Below, piece after piece: positions 1-9,665 of a stretch of DNA of 43,363 bases (the first letter of the stretch is position 1; each line of letters begins with the position of its first letter). This stretch comes from Verrucomicrobiota bacterium (GTDB taxonomy: Bacteria; Verrucomicrobiota; Verrucomicrobiia; Verrucomicrobiales; DEV007). The position numbers were made by a program, and so were the translations under genes. The notes under the pieces are model-generated. The model did not search any database. It saw nothing but the letters and a program-made list of their open reading frames with translations, and was not told the DNA's origin. Where the stretch lies: positions 1 through 43,363 of the forward strand of contig JASFYY010000065.1 in NCBI GenBank assembly GCA_045046875.1. The letters are read 5' to 3'.

Positions 1-288
1 GACTTCCAGTGGAAAGGTTTTGCGGTGCGCAACCAACGCTATCGTTTTGTCGATAACAAGTTTCTCTACGACATGGAAAAAGACCCCTCACAGAAAACCA
101 ATGTGATCGAAGCGCACGGAGAGTTGGCAGAAAAAATGCGCAAGGCCTACGATGCCTGGTGGAAAGAAACACGCCCCTTGATGGTCAACGAAGACGCACC
201 GATGTCCCCCACCCGCCCCTTCCACGAATTGTTCAAAAAACAATCTGCGAATGGAGGCATTCCCGACTGGGTGCCGCCAAAGCTGTAA
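1..288 (+). CDS. Arylsulfatase, C-terminal fragment (gene starts before the window)
   Basis: Frame is open from base 1: DFQWKGFAVRNQRYRFV...LYDMEKDPSQKTNV...KMRKAYDAWW, a typical sulfatase C-terminus (AVR..RY, LYD...DP). Confidence 0.8.
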   Translation, partial: DFQWKGFAVRNQRYRFVDNKFLYDMEKDPSQKTNVIEAHGELAEKMRKAYDAWWKETRPLMVNEDAPMSPTRPFHELFKKQSANGGIPDWVPPKL

Positions 289-302
289 GTGAATCTGGCA
301 GC

Positions 303-794
303 CTACTTGGCGACCACCTTGATGTCATCGATTTGTATGATACCTTCGCCTTCATGAAAAGTGATGCCAATGATACGGTCACTTTTCCGATCGCCCTCCG
401 CCGCTTTGGCACTGAACTTCATATCCACCCATTGGCCATCGGCTTTGAGATCCTTGGTAACAAAACCCGCCCCCTTGGGATTTCTCACCGAGTGCCTGAC
501 TTTCACATTGGTACTCCCCGGCATGGCACGCACCCGGTAATGAATATCAAAGGCCAGATTGCCGGGCAGTTCAATCTTGTGAGTGATCTCCCTACGCCGG
601 CTGCCCTTCTTTTTCAGCTGACAGACCTTGTTGCCCTTTCCGTCATCTTTCAACCGACCGTCACCACGCCATTTTTCCATACCACTTTCAAAATCACAGT
701 TGAGATCCTTGGGCTCATCGGCAAACACAAACAGCGTCAAACTTATCATCCATAACGCGCCCAAAACGCAGCTCACTTTATTTCTATTCCTCAT
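303..794 (-). CDS. Secreted hypothetical protein, possible carbohydrate-binding (galactose-binding-like) jelly-roll domain
   Basis: Signal peptide MRNRNKVSCVLGALWMISLTLFVFA. Motifs NCDFE..W, GQW and IQIDDIKV resemble CBM4/9-like domains. The ATG at 794 is preferred over the ORF-track start at 830. Confidence 0.6.
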   Translation of the reverse strand: MRNRNKVSCVLGALWMISLTLFVFADEPKDLNCDFESGMEKWRGDGRLKDDGKGNKVCQLKKKGSRRREITHKIELPGNLAFDIHYRVRAMPGSTNVKVRHSVRNPKGAGFVTKDLKADGQWVDMKFSAKAAEGDRKSDRIIGITFHEGEGIIQIDDIKVVAK

Positions 795-910
795 GGATAA
801 AGGCGTAACAACTCCACCTTTCCGTGTCAATCATAAGCGCTCTATTTTGCCCCTGAAGCAAAAGTTCGAATGCATTTTTGACTCCTTTTTCCTGCAGCGC
901 TTTACCATCC

Positions 911-939
911 TTGCAGCCCCCCCTCTTTAACCGTATCAT
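911..939 (+). promoter_or_regulatory. Putative sigma70 promoter for the GT at 996
   Basis: TTGCAG (911-916), 17-bp spacer containing C7, TATCAT (934-939). Confidence 0.35.
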
Positions 940-995
940 TACAACTCCCACAAAAGCATACTGGAAAATGACCCGTCCTATTACACAGTTGACCA

Positions 996-2216
996 ATGGA
1001 TCTATTTATAAAAACAGCTCTTTCACTTATCAGCTGGCTATGGGTGCTACAGCCAGCTTGCGGTTGGTATAAATCTTTCCGTGGCCGCCATTTACTGACA
1101 AATCATCTCACTTGGATCAAGGACGCCCTCAAACAACAGCCCCAGCGCCCGGTAGTGATCATTGCCCCCGTTAAAGGACATACGCCCCACCTTAAGAGTT
1201 TCCTCGATTTTGTATTGAATCAAGACTACTCAGATTATCGGGTCATTTTTGTGACCGAATCAACAGCGGACACAGCCCACCAGGCAATTAAAGCACGACT
1301 TGATCTCGATAGTTCGAACCCGTGTGAAGCATCGCTGGTCGTTGCAGGTCTATCGCAACATTGCGGTCAAAAGGTTCACAACCAACTCGCAGCCCTGAAA
1401 ATACTGACGGAGGAGGATGACATCATCGCCTTAATTGATTCCGACACCAATGGCCCTAACAACTGGCTTGCCTGTCTGGTATTTTCATTGAATGCCGGAC
1501 AAGCCGATTTCACATCAAGCAATCGCTGGTTTCTGCCGATGAGGCCAACACTGGCAACTCGTATCCCCACCTTAATCGCCATATCGGCTGACGCCCTGCT
1601 AAAACCAGGTCGCCGAATGCTCCTTTGGGGAGGATCAATGGCCATGACGCGTGCTGTTTATGATGAGCTGGATCTTTACTCCGGCATCTCGGGAAGCCTG
1701 AATGATGACATCCAAATCACCCACCTAGCCATTCAATCAAACAAATGCATGCGCTACGCCCGCTCGGTTGCCACTCTGACGCCGATCAATTACAACTGGG
1801 CTGGACTGATCAAATTTGGCCGTCGGCAGTATTTTCAACTGCGAATATACCGACCGCCACTCTGGTGGACTCTCGTGCTGATCTTGGCAATTTATGTCGC
1901 AGGGTTCTCCGCCTGCGTTATTCAATTGACGATGGGAAATTTGCTAATGTTGATTCCCCTGTCGATGGCCGCCGGTTTCGGCATGGCCAGAGACTCAGTC
2001 CGTCTGCAAATCATTCATGAACGATTTGCAGAGCCTGAAACACAAAAAAAACTCGACCGAAGCTTGAGAGGAAGCTTTTTGCTGGACCCTTTTGTGCATG
2101 GTTTACATCTCTTGATCATGCTCAGCACAGCTTTTGGCCGAAAAATAAGCTGGTCGGGAATCCGTTACCTGGTCAAGGGAAGGCAATCCCTCGAGGTGTT
2201 GCAACGCGACATCTGA
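996..2216 (+). CDS. Membrane GT2/GT21-like glycosyltransferase (ceramide glucosyltransferase/HpnI-like)
   Basis: N-terminal TM segment; APVKG, CGQKVHNQL, DSD (DxD), WGGSMA, NDD, FGRRQY; C-terminal TM helices and WSGIRY. Confidence 0.8.
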   Translation: MDLFIKTALSLISWLWVLQPACGWYKSFRGRHLLTNHLTWIKDALKQQPQRPVVIIAPVKGHTPHLKSFLDFVLNQDYSDYRVIFVTESTADTAHQAIKARLDLDSSNPCEASLVVAGLSQHCGQKVHNQLAALKILTEEDDIIALIDSDTNGPNNWLACLVFSLNAGQADFTSSNRWFLPMRPTLATRIPTLIAISADALLKPGRRMLLWGGSMAMTRAVYDELDLYSGISGSLNDDIQITHLAIQSNKCMRYARSVATLTPINYNWAGLIKFGRRQYFQLRIYRPPLWWTLVLILAIYVAGFSACVIQLTMGNLLMLIPLSMAAGFGMARDSVRLQIIHERFAEPETQKKLDRSLRGSFLLDPFVHGLHLLIMLSTAFGRKISWSGIRYLVKGRQSLEVLQRDI

Positions 2217-2232
2217 ATGCCTCATTTCAACA

Positions 2233-3609
2233 CTATCGCTTGAAAATCTGCAGAGGAATGCCGTTCTCCGATCTGATCGTTAAACGGGAAATCGGCGTTG
2301 GATCCTGGCCAGGGGTCGCCTCGAAGCGAAATCGGCTGACCAACGAAGCCAGAATGAGCATCGCTTCCTGCATCGCAAAGGCCGCCCCAATACAAATGCG
2401 CGGACCCGCACCAAAGGGGATGTAGGCGCATTTTTCCTGATCCAACCCTCCTTCAAAACGTTCCGGAATGAACGCGTCAGGCTCTTCCCAAAGTTCACGA
2501 TGACGATGCATCAGCCAGGGAGAGACGACCACAGGCGAACCGTCGGGCACCTCCCGATTGTGAAGACATCCAACATTATCCGCCTTTCTCATGGTTAAAA
2601 AACCTACCGGCGGATACAAACGCATCGTTTCGCGGAAGACATTGCGAATCATCTTAAGCTTGGAAACATCTCGAAACTCCGGCAGGCGATCTCCTATCAC
2701 CTCCTGCGTTTCCTGAAAAATCTGCTCCTGAATATCAGGGCATTTTGCGATAAGAAACAAGGTCCAGGAAAGCGCCGAGGCAGAAGTTTCGTGACCTGCC
2801 AGGAAAAGCATCGCCACTTGATCAACTAACTCAGTCTGGGAGAATGAGGTGCCGGTTTCAGTATCCCTCGCCTCCAATAAAGAGGCTAAAATATCTTTGT
2901 GCCCTCCAGTCTCTCCTGCGTGATACGATTCATATCTTTGCTTAATGACCTCCTCCAGCCGCGCTCGAATTTTTCGACCCGATTTCTTCCATGCGAAATA
3001 ATGATGCGGCATCAACCAAAGCGGTATGCGAAAAACACCAAGTTGAATCATCAATGTCGCCTTTTCCTGATATTGCTTGAATGAATGAAAAATCTCCCGA
3101 GCCCCCTCACCTTCCAACGGCACTGAAAGAATCGTTCGTAAAATGATGTCAGCCGTCACATGAGTCATTTCAACCTCAATCTCCCTTGTCTCTCCATCTT
3201 TCAATTCACCAAAACGCTTGAGAAGATCATCAGCCGCACCATGCATCATTGGAAAGACCTCCTTTAACCTTGCCTGCTCGAATGCCGGATCCAACATTCG
3301 GCGTTGGCGTTCCCAAGTCGGCCCGTTGGTAGTGAATATACTTTCTCCGAGCAAGGGTTTGAGAGCCTCCTCTATCAGTTCGTGTTTAGGGAAATTTTCG
3401 TAACGGTCTATTAGAACTTCCCGAACCAAATTCGGAAAGCGCACCAGAAAAATCTGGGTGCCCGGCAGGCGGATTCGAGAAAGCTTACCGTTGTAGGCTC
3501 CCTCGTAAAGCGTTTCGAGCCATGACCTTTTGCCTCGTTTAAATAAATTCCATAATGACCGCTTGTCAGTCGGTTGCAATGGTTTGGGATAAGGAGGTTC
3601 GTAAGCCAT
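2233..3609 (-). CDS. Cytochrome P450
   Basis: I-helix AGHETSA, ExxR (ETMR), PERF and heme motif FGAGPRICIG (Cys codon 2392-2394). Likely start is the ATG at 3609 (MAYEPPYPKP), 4 nt after the upstream stop. Confidence 0.95.
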   Translation of the reverse strand: MAYEPPYPKPLQPTDKRSLWNLFKRGKRSWLETLYEGAYNGKLSRIRLPGTQIFLVRFPNLVREVLIDRYENFPKHELIEEALKPLLGESIFTTNGPTWERQRRMLDPAFEQARLKEVFPMMHGAADDLLKRFGELKDGETREIEVEMTHVTADIILRTILSVPLEGEGAREIFHSFKQYQEKATLMIQLGVFRIPLWLMPHHYFAWKKSGRKIRARLEEVIKQRYESYHAGETGGHKDILASLLEARDTETGTSFSQTELVDQVAMLFLAGHETSASALSWTLFLIAKCPDIQEQIFQETQEVIGDRLPEFRDVSKLKMIRNVFRETMRLYPPVGFLTMRKADNVGCLHNREVPDGSPVVVSPWLMHRHRELWEEPDAFIPERFEGGLDQEKCAYIPFGAGPRICIGAAFAMQEAMLILASLVSRFRFEATPGQDPTPISRLTIRSENGIPLQIFKR

Positions 3610-3613
3610 AGAT

Positions 3614-4846
3614 TCAGTGTGAAATAGATGAAGTGTGCTCGATATATCGCTCACTTAGTGTTTGCGGACCTGCGCTTATTGCAAAAAAATCGTATTTGGT
3701 CAATTTTTCTCCAGCCATTAAATATTGAAAGTGAATCCGGAAAATATCTCGCTTGATCTGATTATAAGAACTCTCTGAAAACATCTGCACAAACCGTGCC
3801 GGCAACATCACCGGACGGATAGGACAATCAGGTGGACGTTCGATCCCTGAACTGGTAACCGGGTCCGCTCTGGCAAAACAGGCTCCATCCCGGCGAGCGG
3901 AAAAATCCACCCAATCGATCTCTGCCGCAAAAGCCACCTCTTTCAAATCCTCGCGAAATGCCCGTGCACCTGAAAGATAACTGACCAAAGGAATACTGTT
4001 CCCCAAAGTAACAAGGCCTAACCTGCACCGCCCTTTACCCGTCTCTCTGTTCTGTTTTAGAAGTTTGGCCACCAATGGAATCACAAGAATAGTGCCGACG
4101 CTGTGCGAAACGATCAGCACCTCATCATCTTCGCCCTCTGCAATATAGTCCGCTATATATTGGGCGAAATCCTCAATTCGTTGACTTAATTCAGGCGCCC
4201 CTCCAGTGGCCCATTTCAACATGAATGTATAAGTCCGCAAAAGCCAGTAGGCGTGGAATCTCTGATCAAGGATTCGCCCAATCGCAATGAAACCCGCAAC
4301 CGTCGCAAGCGATGAAATCAAAGCCACCCACCAGCTCAAACTAAAAAAGTGCACCATACCCACCGCTGCCGCCACGCTTATTCCCGCACCCCCAATGAGA
4401 ACCGCTATTATGTACAGCAGCGGGTATATCAAAGTCAGTGAAGGCGGCCAGGAAGTGTGTAAAAATTTTCCAATCAAACCCGAGCTCAGAAACACCCAGT
4501 AGGCTTTCAATGCCCTGAGGAACATGGTCATCTCATTCTTGGGCCAATTACGCCGAATGATATCGTCCCAGCGTAGAAATTCGTAGGTGGTTTCGATGCG
4601 GACATTCCCGGGGGAAACCGCAGATATTTCCCAGACACTTGAAAGCCGGTTTTTGCGACTCCGCTTCTTCACTGACAGATCCAGGCCATTAAGCGCAGCC
4701 TGCTTTTTCCCCTCTTCCAAATATAAGGCATGATACGGCGCAGGCCCGCGAGGATCAAACCCGCTGAAATAGAACACCCTCCTTTGGCGAACCGGTGATG
4801 CGGCCCCCGATTCCGAATTTGGAGCAGATGACTTTTCTTTACTCAT
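3614..4846 (-). CDS. Membrane-associated alpha/beta-hydrolase-fold protein (C. jejuni Cj1412c-like)
   Basis: RRVFYFSGFDPRG, WDDIIRRNW, two TM helices, nucleophile-elbow-like SHSVG (4094-4108), TLGNSIPL, DGACF, HFQYL, YDFF. Confidence 0.75.
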   Translation of the reverse strand: MSKEKSSAPNSESGAASPVRQRRVFYFSGFDPRGPAPYHALYLEEGKKQAALNGLDLSVKKRSRKNRLSSVWEISAVSPGNVRIETTYEFLRWDDIIRRNWPKNEMTMFLRALKAYWVFLSSGLIGKFLHTSWPPSLTLIYPLLYIIAVLIGGAGISVAAAVGMVHFFSLSWWVALISSLATVAGFIAIGRILDQRFHAYWLLRTYTFMLKWATGGAPELSQRIEDFAQYIADYIAEGEDDEVLIVSHSVGTILVIPLVAKLLKQNRETGKGRCRLGLVTLGNSIPLVSYLSGARAFREDLKEVAFAAEIDWVDFSARRDGACFARADPVTSSGIERPPDCPIRPVMLPARFVQMFSESSYNQIKRDIFRIHFQYLMAGEKLTKYDFFAISAGPQTLSERYIEHTSSISH

Positions 4847-6606
4847 CAGATTCCTTTGTCAGCGAGGCAAATCCGGGATCCTCGCACGACCACTTTAATG
4901 TCATGCGCTTCTCCGTCCCGAAAAGAGGGGGGAATCTCCAATCGAAACCCATTCCCACCGTCACTTCCCTCCGCCGCTTCGCTGCCCCCGGCAAAATAGC
5001 CATCAATCAATAAATCCACTTCTTGTTTGAATTTTTGATCAAATGGATCATGACACCATCCTATCACTTCATCTCGGGATATTTCCGTCACCGCGCCCAT
5101 CTCCTCTATCCTCGTAAGCCTGGTTTGAAAACGTAAGGAGCGATATAGCCATGCATCTCCGAGGACAGAAACCTGAAAACCATGAATTCCGCCATCAAAA
5201 AAACAATCTGGGACGGGAAGGATGAACCCACAATAAGCACTCACATCATCACGCTCACCTAAATCAGAACGGTATTGATCAGCAAAGCCCTCGGTGACAG
5301 TCACTCCGTCAATTGTGAGCAGTAATCGGCAAGCGATCTCCCGGTCGCTCAATTCCCGAATCCAACCAACGACTCCTCGCAGAGAGCAACATTCAAGCAC
5401 TCCCTCGTAATGAACATTACGGGAAACGGCGGGTCGCCTCGGTTTCATTTTCTCCTCACTAGAGAAATCCCTACTTACGCTAAAACATGAATCATCCGAC
5501 TCACAAAAATCGTAGTTTTGGTGATTTTCTTTTGCAAGAGGTTGCTTGGCAATCTCTTCAATTTTCATTCCTTCGTTTCCAGCCAGACACCCTACAACCC
5601 GTTCCAGCGCGTGAGCAGTGGTCCCATCACCCTGGCCCAATTCTGGCTCAAAATCTTCCGCACTCAGTTGCAATCGTCCCAGTGCTTGCAGCACCTGAGG
5701 CTTAATCCAATACATGGAACCTGCGGCGAAACACAACTGATCGGGATCGGTGATCACCCCAGCACGAGCCAGCAAATTCAAAGCCCTCCCGCGATTCCCA
5801 TACCACCATTGCTGCCCCGACTTTTTCTGACCTGTAGCCGTAAGAATACCACATTCAGCAGCATTCAAAAATCGCTTCAACAACTCACGACTTGCCTCAG
5901 CTCTAGGCAATAGGGAGGCAAGCAAGTGCTCACCCCAGGCCTGCCCCGCTTTGAGGTGAGGGCTTTTTTTAGTGTGAATTTTACAAACGGCTTGATAAGC
6001 CGACAATACCTCTCCATTAACGAGTTGAAAAAAGGGCGAAATGTCCCTGCCGCGATTTGGCACTAACCAAACTACGGCCCCCGAAAATATACTTTTTATC
6101 GTTACAGACAGTTCATTAAAGTCCTGATCTCCACGATAAGTCACTGTGACATAAAGATCATATTCGATCTCCAGTGAATCGATTTTTTCTGCTATACTCG
6201 GCCACATCCCGTAGTGGTAAACATGAACAACGATGGCATACCGCGCCTTGCTCACCGGCGCAGCAGATAGATCGATCGTCGAAAACTTCATTTCGTCATC
6301 TTCATCATTCCAATACTGCGCTTGCGGGCGAAGCAAACGATCCTCCTTCTCACCGCTGGTGACGTAATGAAAAAACGGGGGAACTCCAGCTTCCAAAACA
6401 TCAGGGTTCGCATCGAGATAAAGCTCCGGACAGAATTCGCGACTGGGCCAATAACCCCTCATTTCTCCTGTAAGGATATAATGCTGTTCTAAATTACGCC
6501 CAACATTGGAATCGTCCCCATACCAGTGCTGATAAAAATCACGATCAAAACGACCCGATTTTTTGATCGCTGAGATCCATTTTTTTTCCTGGGCTGAAGG
6601 TTTCAT
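4846..6606 (-). CDS. RgpF (rhamnan synthesis F)-family glycosyltransferase with N-terminal HY..G repeats and C-terminal beta domains
   Basis: AIVVHVYH, NRGRDI, KIHTKKSPH, FAAGSMYW, E.GQ.DGTTAHALER. Its stop overlaps the next ATG (TGATG at 4844-4848). Alternative start at 6636. Confidence 0.85.
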   Translation of the reverse strand: MKPSAQEKKWISAIKKSGRFDRDFYQHWYGDDSNVGRNLEQHYILTGEMRGYWPSREFCPELYLDANPDVLEAGVPPFFHYVTSGEKEDRLLRPQAQYWNDEDDEMKFSTIDLSAAPVSKARYAIVVHVYHYGMWPSIAEKIDSLEIEYDLYVTVTYRGDQDFNELSVTIKSIFSGAVVWLVPNRGRDISPFFQLVNGEVLSAYQAVCKIHTKKSPHLKAGQAWGEHLLASLLPRAEASRELLKRFLNAAECGILTATGQKKSGQQWWYGNRGRALNLLARAGVITDPDQLCFAAGSMYWIKPQVLQALGRLQLSAEDFEPELGQGDGTTAHALERVVGCLAGNEGMKIEEIAKQPLAKENHQNYDFCESDDSCFSVSRDFSSEEKMKPRRPAVSRNVHYEGVLECCSLRGVVGWIRELSDREIACRLLLTIDGVTVTEGFADQYRSDLGERDDVSAYCGFILPVPDCFFDGGIHGFQVSVLGDAWLYRSLRFQTRLTRIEEMGAVTEISRDEVIGWCHDPFDQKFKQEVDLLIDGYFAGGSEAAEGSDGGNGFRLEIPPSFRDGEAHDIKVVVRGSRICLADKGI

Positions 6607-6679
6607 GAATACAGTAAAATTAACCCCGAATGCCACCGCGGCAAAAGCTTGTTCTCATTTTTTTATCAACCATAGCCAA

Positions 6680-7579
6680 TCAACTTCCCCCTTCCAGGAA
6701 CCTAAGATCCTCCTGCCAGCTTTCCGGGATATCACCAAAATATTCGGCAACCGCACGGTAAACGTGAGCGAAGCGCCTAACGGCCTTTTGTCGAAGCTTC
6801 GCATCAAGAACCATTTCATCCGAAACATTAATGCGCTTTTCAAAATTTGCCGCTTTGTTACTCGCACCAAGAAAGTCCGTGATTCTGCGAACTTCGTCAT
6901 CTCGATGGTCACCGAGAAAAAGTTGCTCATAAAAAATTACCAACACTTCGTCGCGGTTAAATTCGGAGAACAAATGGTTCATTGTTCTGGCATAATCGGT
7001 TCGCAATACAAACTGAGGATCGTTCAGTTTTTTCATGAATTGGTCTTCCGCAGAAAACCCCTCTTTCCACTTCATCGTAAATCGTAACTGTGACCAGTAA
7101 CGATCAGCAGGATTGCGTAACATCCAGATAAGCTTTGGGTTCGGCAGCATGCGCTTCATTGAAGTAAACCCAGCGGCCGGCATCATTGAGTAGGATGGGC
7201 TGATCTCACCGAAAGCCTTATGCTTCGGACGCACCACTTGTTCGAAATACTCAAGGTAAGCGTCCGGGCAATCAGCCATCTCAAGTCGTTTCCTCAATAA
7301 ATTCACCATTCTTTTAACTCCTGGCCCGCCATCCTCACTCAATCGCCGCTCTACCTTTCGCAAGCGTCGGCAAAACTCCTGATGCCAGCCTCCACAGTTT
7401 TCTGGAGAAAAACGCCAGTCAAAATAATGCAACTCTTTGATAGGACTGAAGCAGATTTCAGGATGCTTAGAAAAATAATTCCCCAACCAACTCGTTCCTG
7501 CCTTCTGGGAACCGATGCCGACAAAACAAGTTTTGCCGCTAAGGCGGGAAATGGAATCCTGATATTCTTGAGTCATCAA
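6680..7579 (-). CDS. PAPS-dependent sulfotransferase (Sulfotransfer_1/3-like)
   Basis: 5'-PSB motif IGSQKAGTSWL, KELHYFD, GEISPSY, 3'-PB motif LRNPADRYWS. Confidence 0.88.
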   Translation of the reverse strand: MMTQEYQDSISRLSGKTCFVGIGSQKAGTSWLGNYFSKHPEICFSPIKELHYFDWRFSPENCGGWHQEFCRRLRKVERRLSEDGGPGVKRMVNLLRKRLEMADCPDAYLEYFEQVVRPKHKAFGEISPSYSMMPAAGFTSMKRMLPNPKLIWMLRNPADRYWSQLRFTMKWKEGFSAEDQFMKKLNDPQFVLRTDYARTMNHLFSEFNRDEVLVIFYEQLFLGDHRDDEVRRITDFLGASNKAANFEKRINVSDEMVLDAKLRQKAVRRFAHVYRAVAEYFGDIPESWQEDLRFLEGGS

Positions 7580-7598
7580 TCCACAAACAATAGATCAT

Positions 7599-9662
7599 TT
7601 ACCGCCGGAACAACAAGGTTTTCATTGAAGCTATCAAACGCAGATACCAAGGACGCGCAAACAATGGCGCGCCTCTTTTGACAATCAACTCAGCCGCCCC
7701 GAAGGCTGTAGTGAATTCGCCGGTTACTGGATTCACATAAGTAGGGTAAATAATCAACGCTGCGCAGACAAGTTGCTCAAGCTCCAACCTGCGATCTCGG
7801 CGCAAAACCGGCGAAAGATCTTCAGTCAATCCCCAGCCGGAGTAAAACGGAGCACCATAACAGATAACTTTTTTTTCTCTCAGCAAAGCTTCAAAACCGG
7901 AAAGCGAAGTAAGCGTATGAAGCTCATCGCAACTTTCCAGCCAAGGAACTATGTCAAGATCGCTCACCATCACATCACAAAGCTGCTTGATCTCGTCAGT
8001 ATAAGCATGCCCAGGGCGAAGACGCTTAATCACATCAGGATGGGGTTTATAAGCAATCACTCCATCCGGTCGAAGCCGGCGAACTTCACGCAGCAACTCA
8101 ACATTACTCTGCCACTGTGGGCTACCCCAGTGAATCGAAGCATCACCTTCCACTTGACCGGGAACCAAAATTCGTCGCCCTTCTGAATTTTGTGGCCAAT
8201 CAATCTGCCCCCCTATCTCTTTGCCTAAATTATATTTAGTCAGAGCATTTGATCGAATGATTTGGATAAGTTTTTCTGCCAACGCAAGTTCTTCAATAGA
8301 AAATTTATGGTTCAGCAAAATCGATTCCAAATCGCTCGAACAGGTGCTGTCATAGTAGATCCCCTTTCGGTCGAAGATCAATGAAAGTGGCGAGTGAAAC
8401 TCTGCACCTAATCCCTCCGAGCGAAGAAACCCGTCCTCAACTCGGCAAAGGACGCTTGAATCAGACATCGAGGGCGCATCCTTCCGCCCCCATACCAGCA
8501 ATTTACTTTCCCTGTCATTCTCAATCCAACGCTCGGCTTTGCGGCGAGACCGAGTATGTCGTAGGGCTACCGCCGGAGAGGACAGATAACTATTCATCAA
8601 AGGCCTCTTCCACGGCGACATACCATATGCCACCCAAGATCCCGCGTTTTTCGAAAACATCTCCTTCTGCAACTCCAAATGATCCAAAATACGAGATAAG
8701 CGGCATGGCTCCAAAGTGTCCGGATCAAAACACCGGGAATAACAACGGAAGGCAGCATGGAACAACTCCAACACCGACCTGGACCGATCTCTCACAGGCA
8801 ACAAAGAGTTGCGACCATCAGACAACCCCCAACCCGCATAAAAAGAACAGCCGAAAGTCACTACCGGCAATCCATGCAACAAAGCCTCAAAGCCAAACAG
8901 AGACGTTCCCACATAAACGCGTTCGATCCGTTCGAAGACCTGCCATGGCGCCAGGTTTGCTGCAAGAAGATGCACCCTCGAATCATCGAGCAAGGGCGAT
9001 CTCAGGCATGAGCGCTTTGAACGATAGATGTGATCCGGATGGCCACGCACATAGACAGGCTTGCCCGGATTCTCCTCAAGAGCCGCTTCCAACATTCTAT
9101 GGAAATCGGATGACTTTAAATTTCCATACCGAATGGAAGCATCGCCAGAAGTCTGATCCACCACAAGAACGCCTGGAGTCGGTATGAATTGATCTAGCGC
9201 CCCGCGATTGAACTCATCAGGATACCAATTATATTTTGAAGCCCCTATCCTAAGATATTGATCGAGATCCGCCTGCGCCTCCCGCTTCCATCCGGCTTCG
9301 TCCAGCTTCGACCCAATCGCCCCTCTTCCATTCAATCCACTGACCAGATCACTGCCCCCCGACCCGTCATAATAAATCCCTCCGCGATCCTCCACCAAAG
9401 AATACAAAGCGCCCTTACTGTATCCAGGTTTCAGTGAGCGCACAAAACCGTCTTCGAAAAGACGGAATGACGCCGAATGGTCTTGTGCCTGTTTCTTCGC
9501 CCAAATCCCACTGGATTTATATCCCCAACCTATGAACACATCTGACTGGTTCAATTCACCCTTTGCCAAGCCCGATAAAACTTCTGCCCCTGCTAGCCGA
9601 GCCGTTTCAGCAAGCAGCGGATGCCCGGCAATCGATCGGTTCTGGGAAATCCAACGTGCCAT
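7599..9662 (-). CDS. kpsC: Capsule beta-Kdo transferase KpsC (two GT107 domains)
   Basis: Duplicated motifs EDGFVRS/EDGFLRS, GIYYD, SKYN/TKYN, QTSGDASI/QVEGDASI, HPD/HPD, GFEALL and FYAGWGL/FYSGWGL. Confidence 0.93.
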   Translation of the reverse strand: MARWISQNRSIAGHPLLAETARLAGAEVLSGLAKGELNQSDVFIGWGYKSSGIWAKKQAQDHSASFRLFEDGFVRSLKPGYSKGALYSLVEDRGGIYYDGSGGSDLVSGLNGRGAIGSKLDEAGWKREAQADLDQYLRIGASKYNWYPDEFNRGALDQFIPTPGVLVVDQTSGDASIRYGNLKSSDFHRMLEAALEENPGKPVYVRGHPDHIYRSKRSCLRSPLLDDSRVHLLAANLAPWQVFERIERVYVGTSLFGFEALLHGLPVVTFGCSFYAGWGLSDGRNSLLPVRDRSRSVLELFHAAFRCYSRCFDPDTLEPCRLSRILDHLELQKEMFSKNAGSWVAYGMSPWKRPLMNSYLSSPAVALRHTRSRRKAERWIENDRESKLLVWGRKDAPSMSDSSVLCRVEDGFLRSEGLGAEFHSPLSLIFDRKGIYYDSTCSSDLESILLNHKFSIEELALAEKLIQIIRSNALTKYNLGKEIGGQIDWPQNSEGRRILVPGQVEGDASIHWGSPQWQSNVELLREVRRLRPDGVIAYKPHPDVIKRLRPGHAYTDEIKQLCDVMVSDLDIVPWLESCDELHTLTSLSGFEALLREKKVICYGAPFYSGWGLTEDLSPVLRRDRRLELEQLVCAALIIYPTYVNPVTGEFTTAFGAAELIVKRGAPLFARPWYLRLIASMKTLLFRR

Positions 9663-9665
9663 TAT

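Noticed and set aside
159..755. 198-aa plus-strand ORF
   Set aside because: Overlaps the sulfatase end and is antisense to the signal-peptide gene; no recognisable motifs.
3610..3654. ORF-track N-terminal extension of the P450, and similar extensions at 10841, 15636, 33552, 39066 and 43041
   Set aside because: They overlap neighbouring genes or fill the intergenic space; downstream ATGs give better coupling or signal peptides.
8381..9187. 268-aa plus-strand ORF
   Set aside because: Antisense shadow of kpsC, rich in Pro/Arg/Ser/Thr, no motifs.
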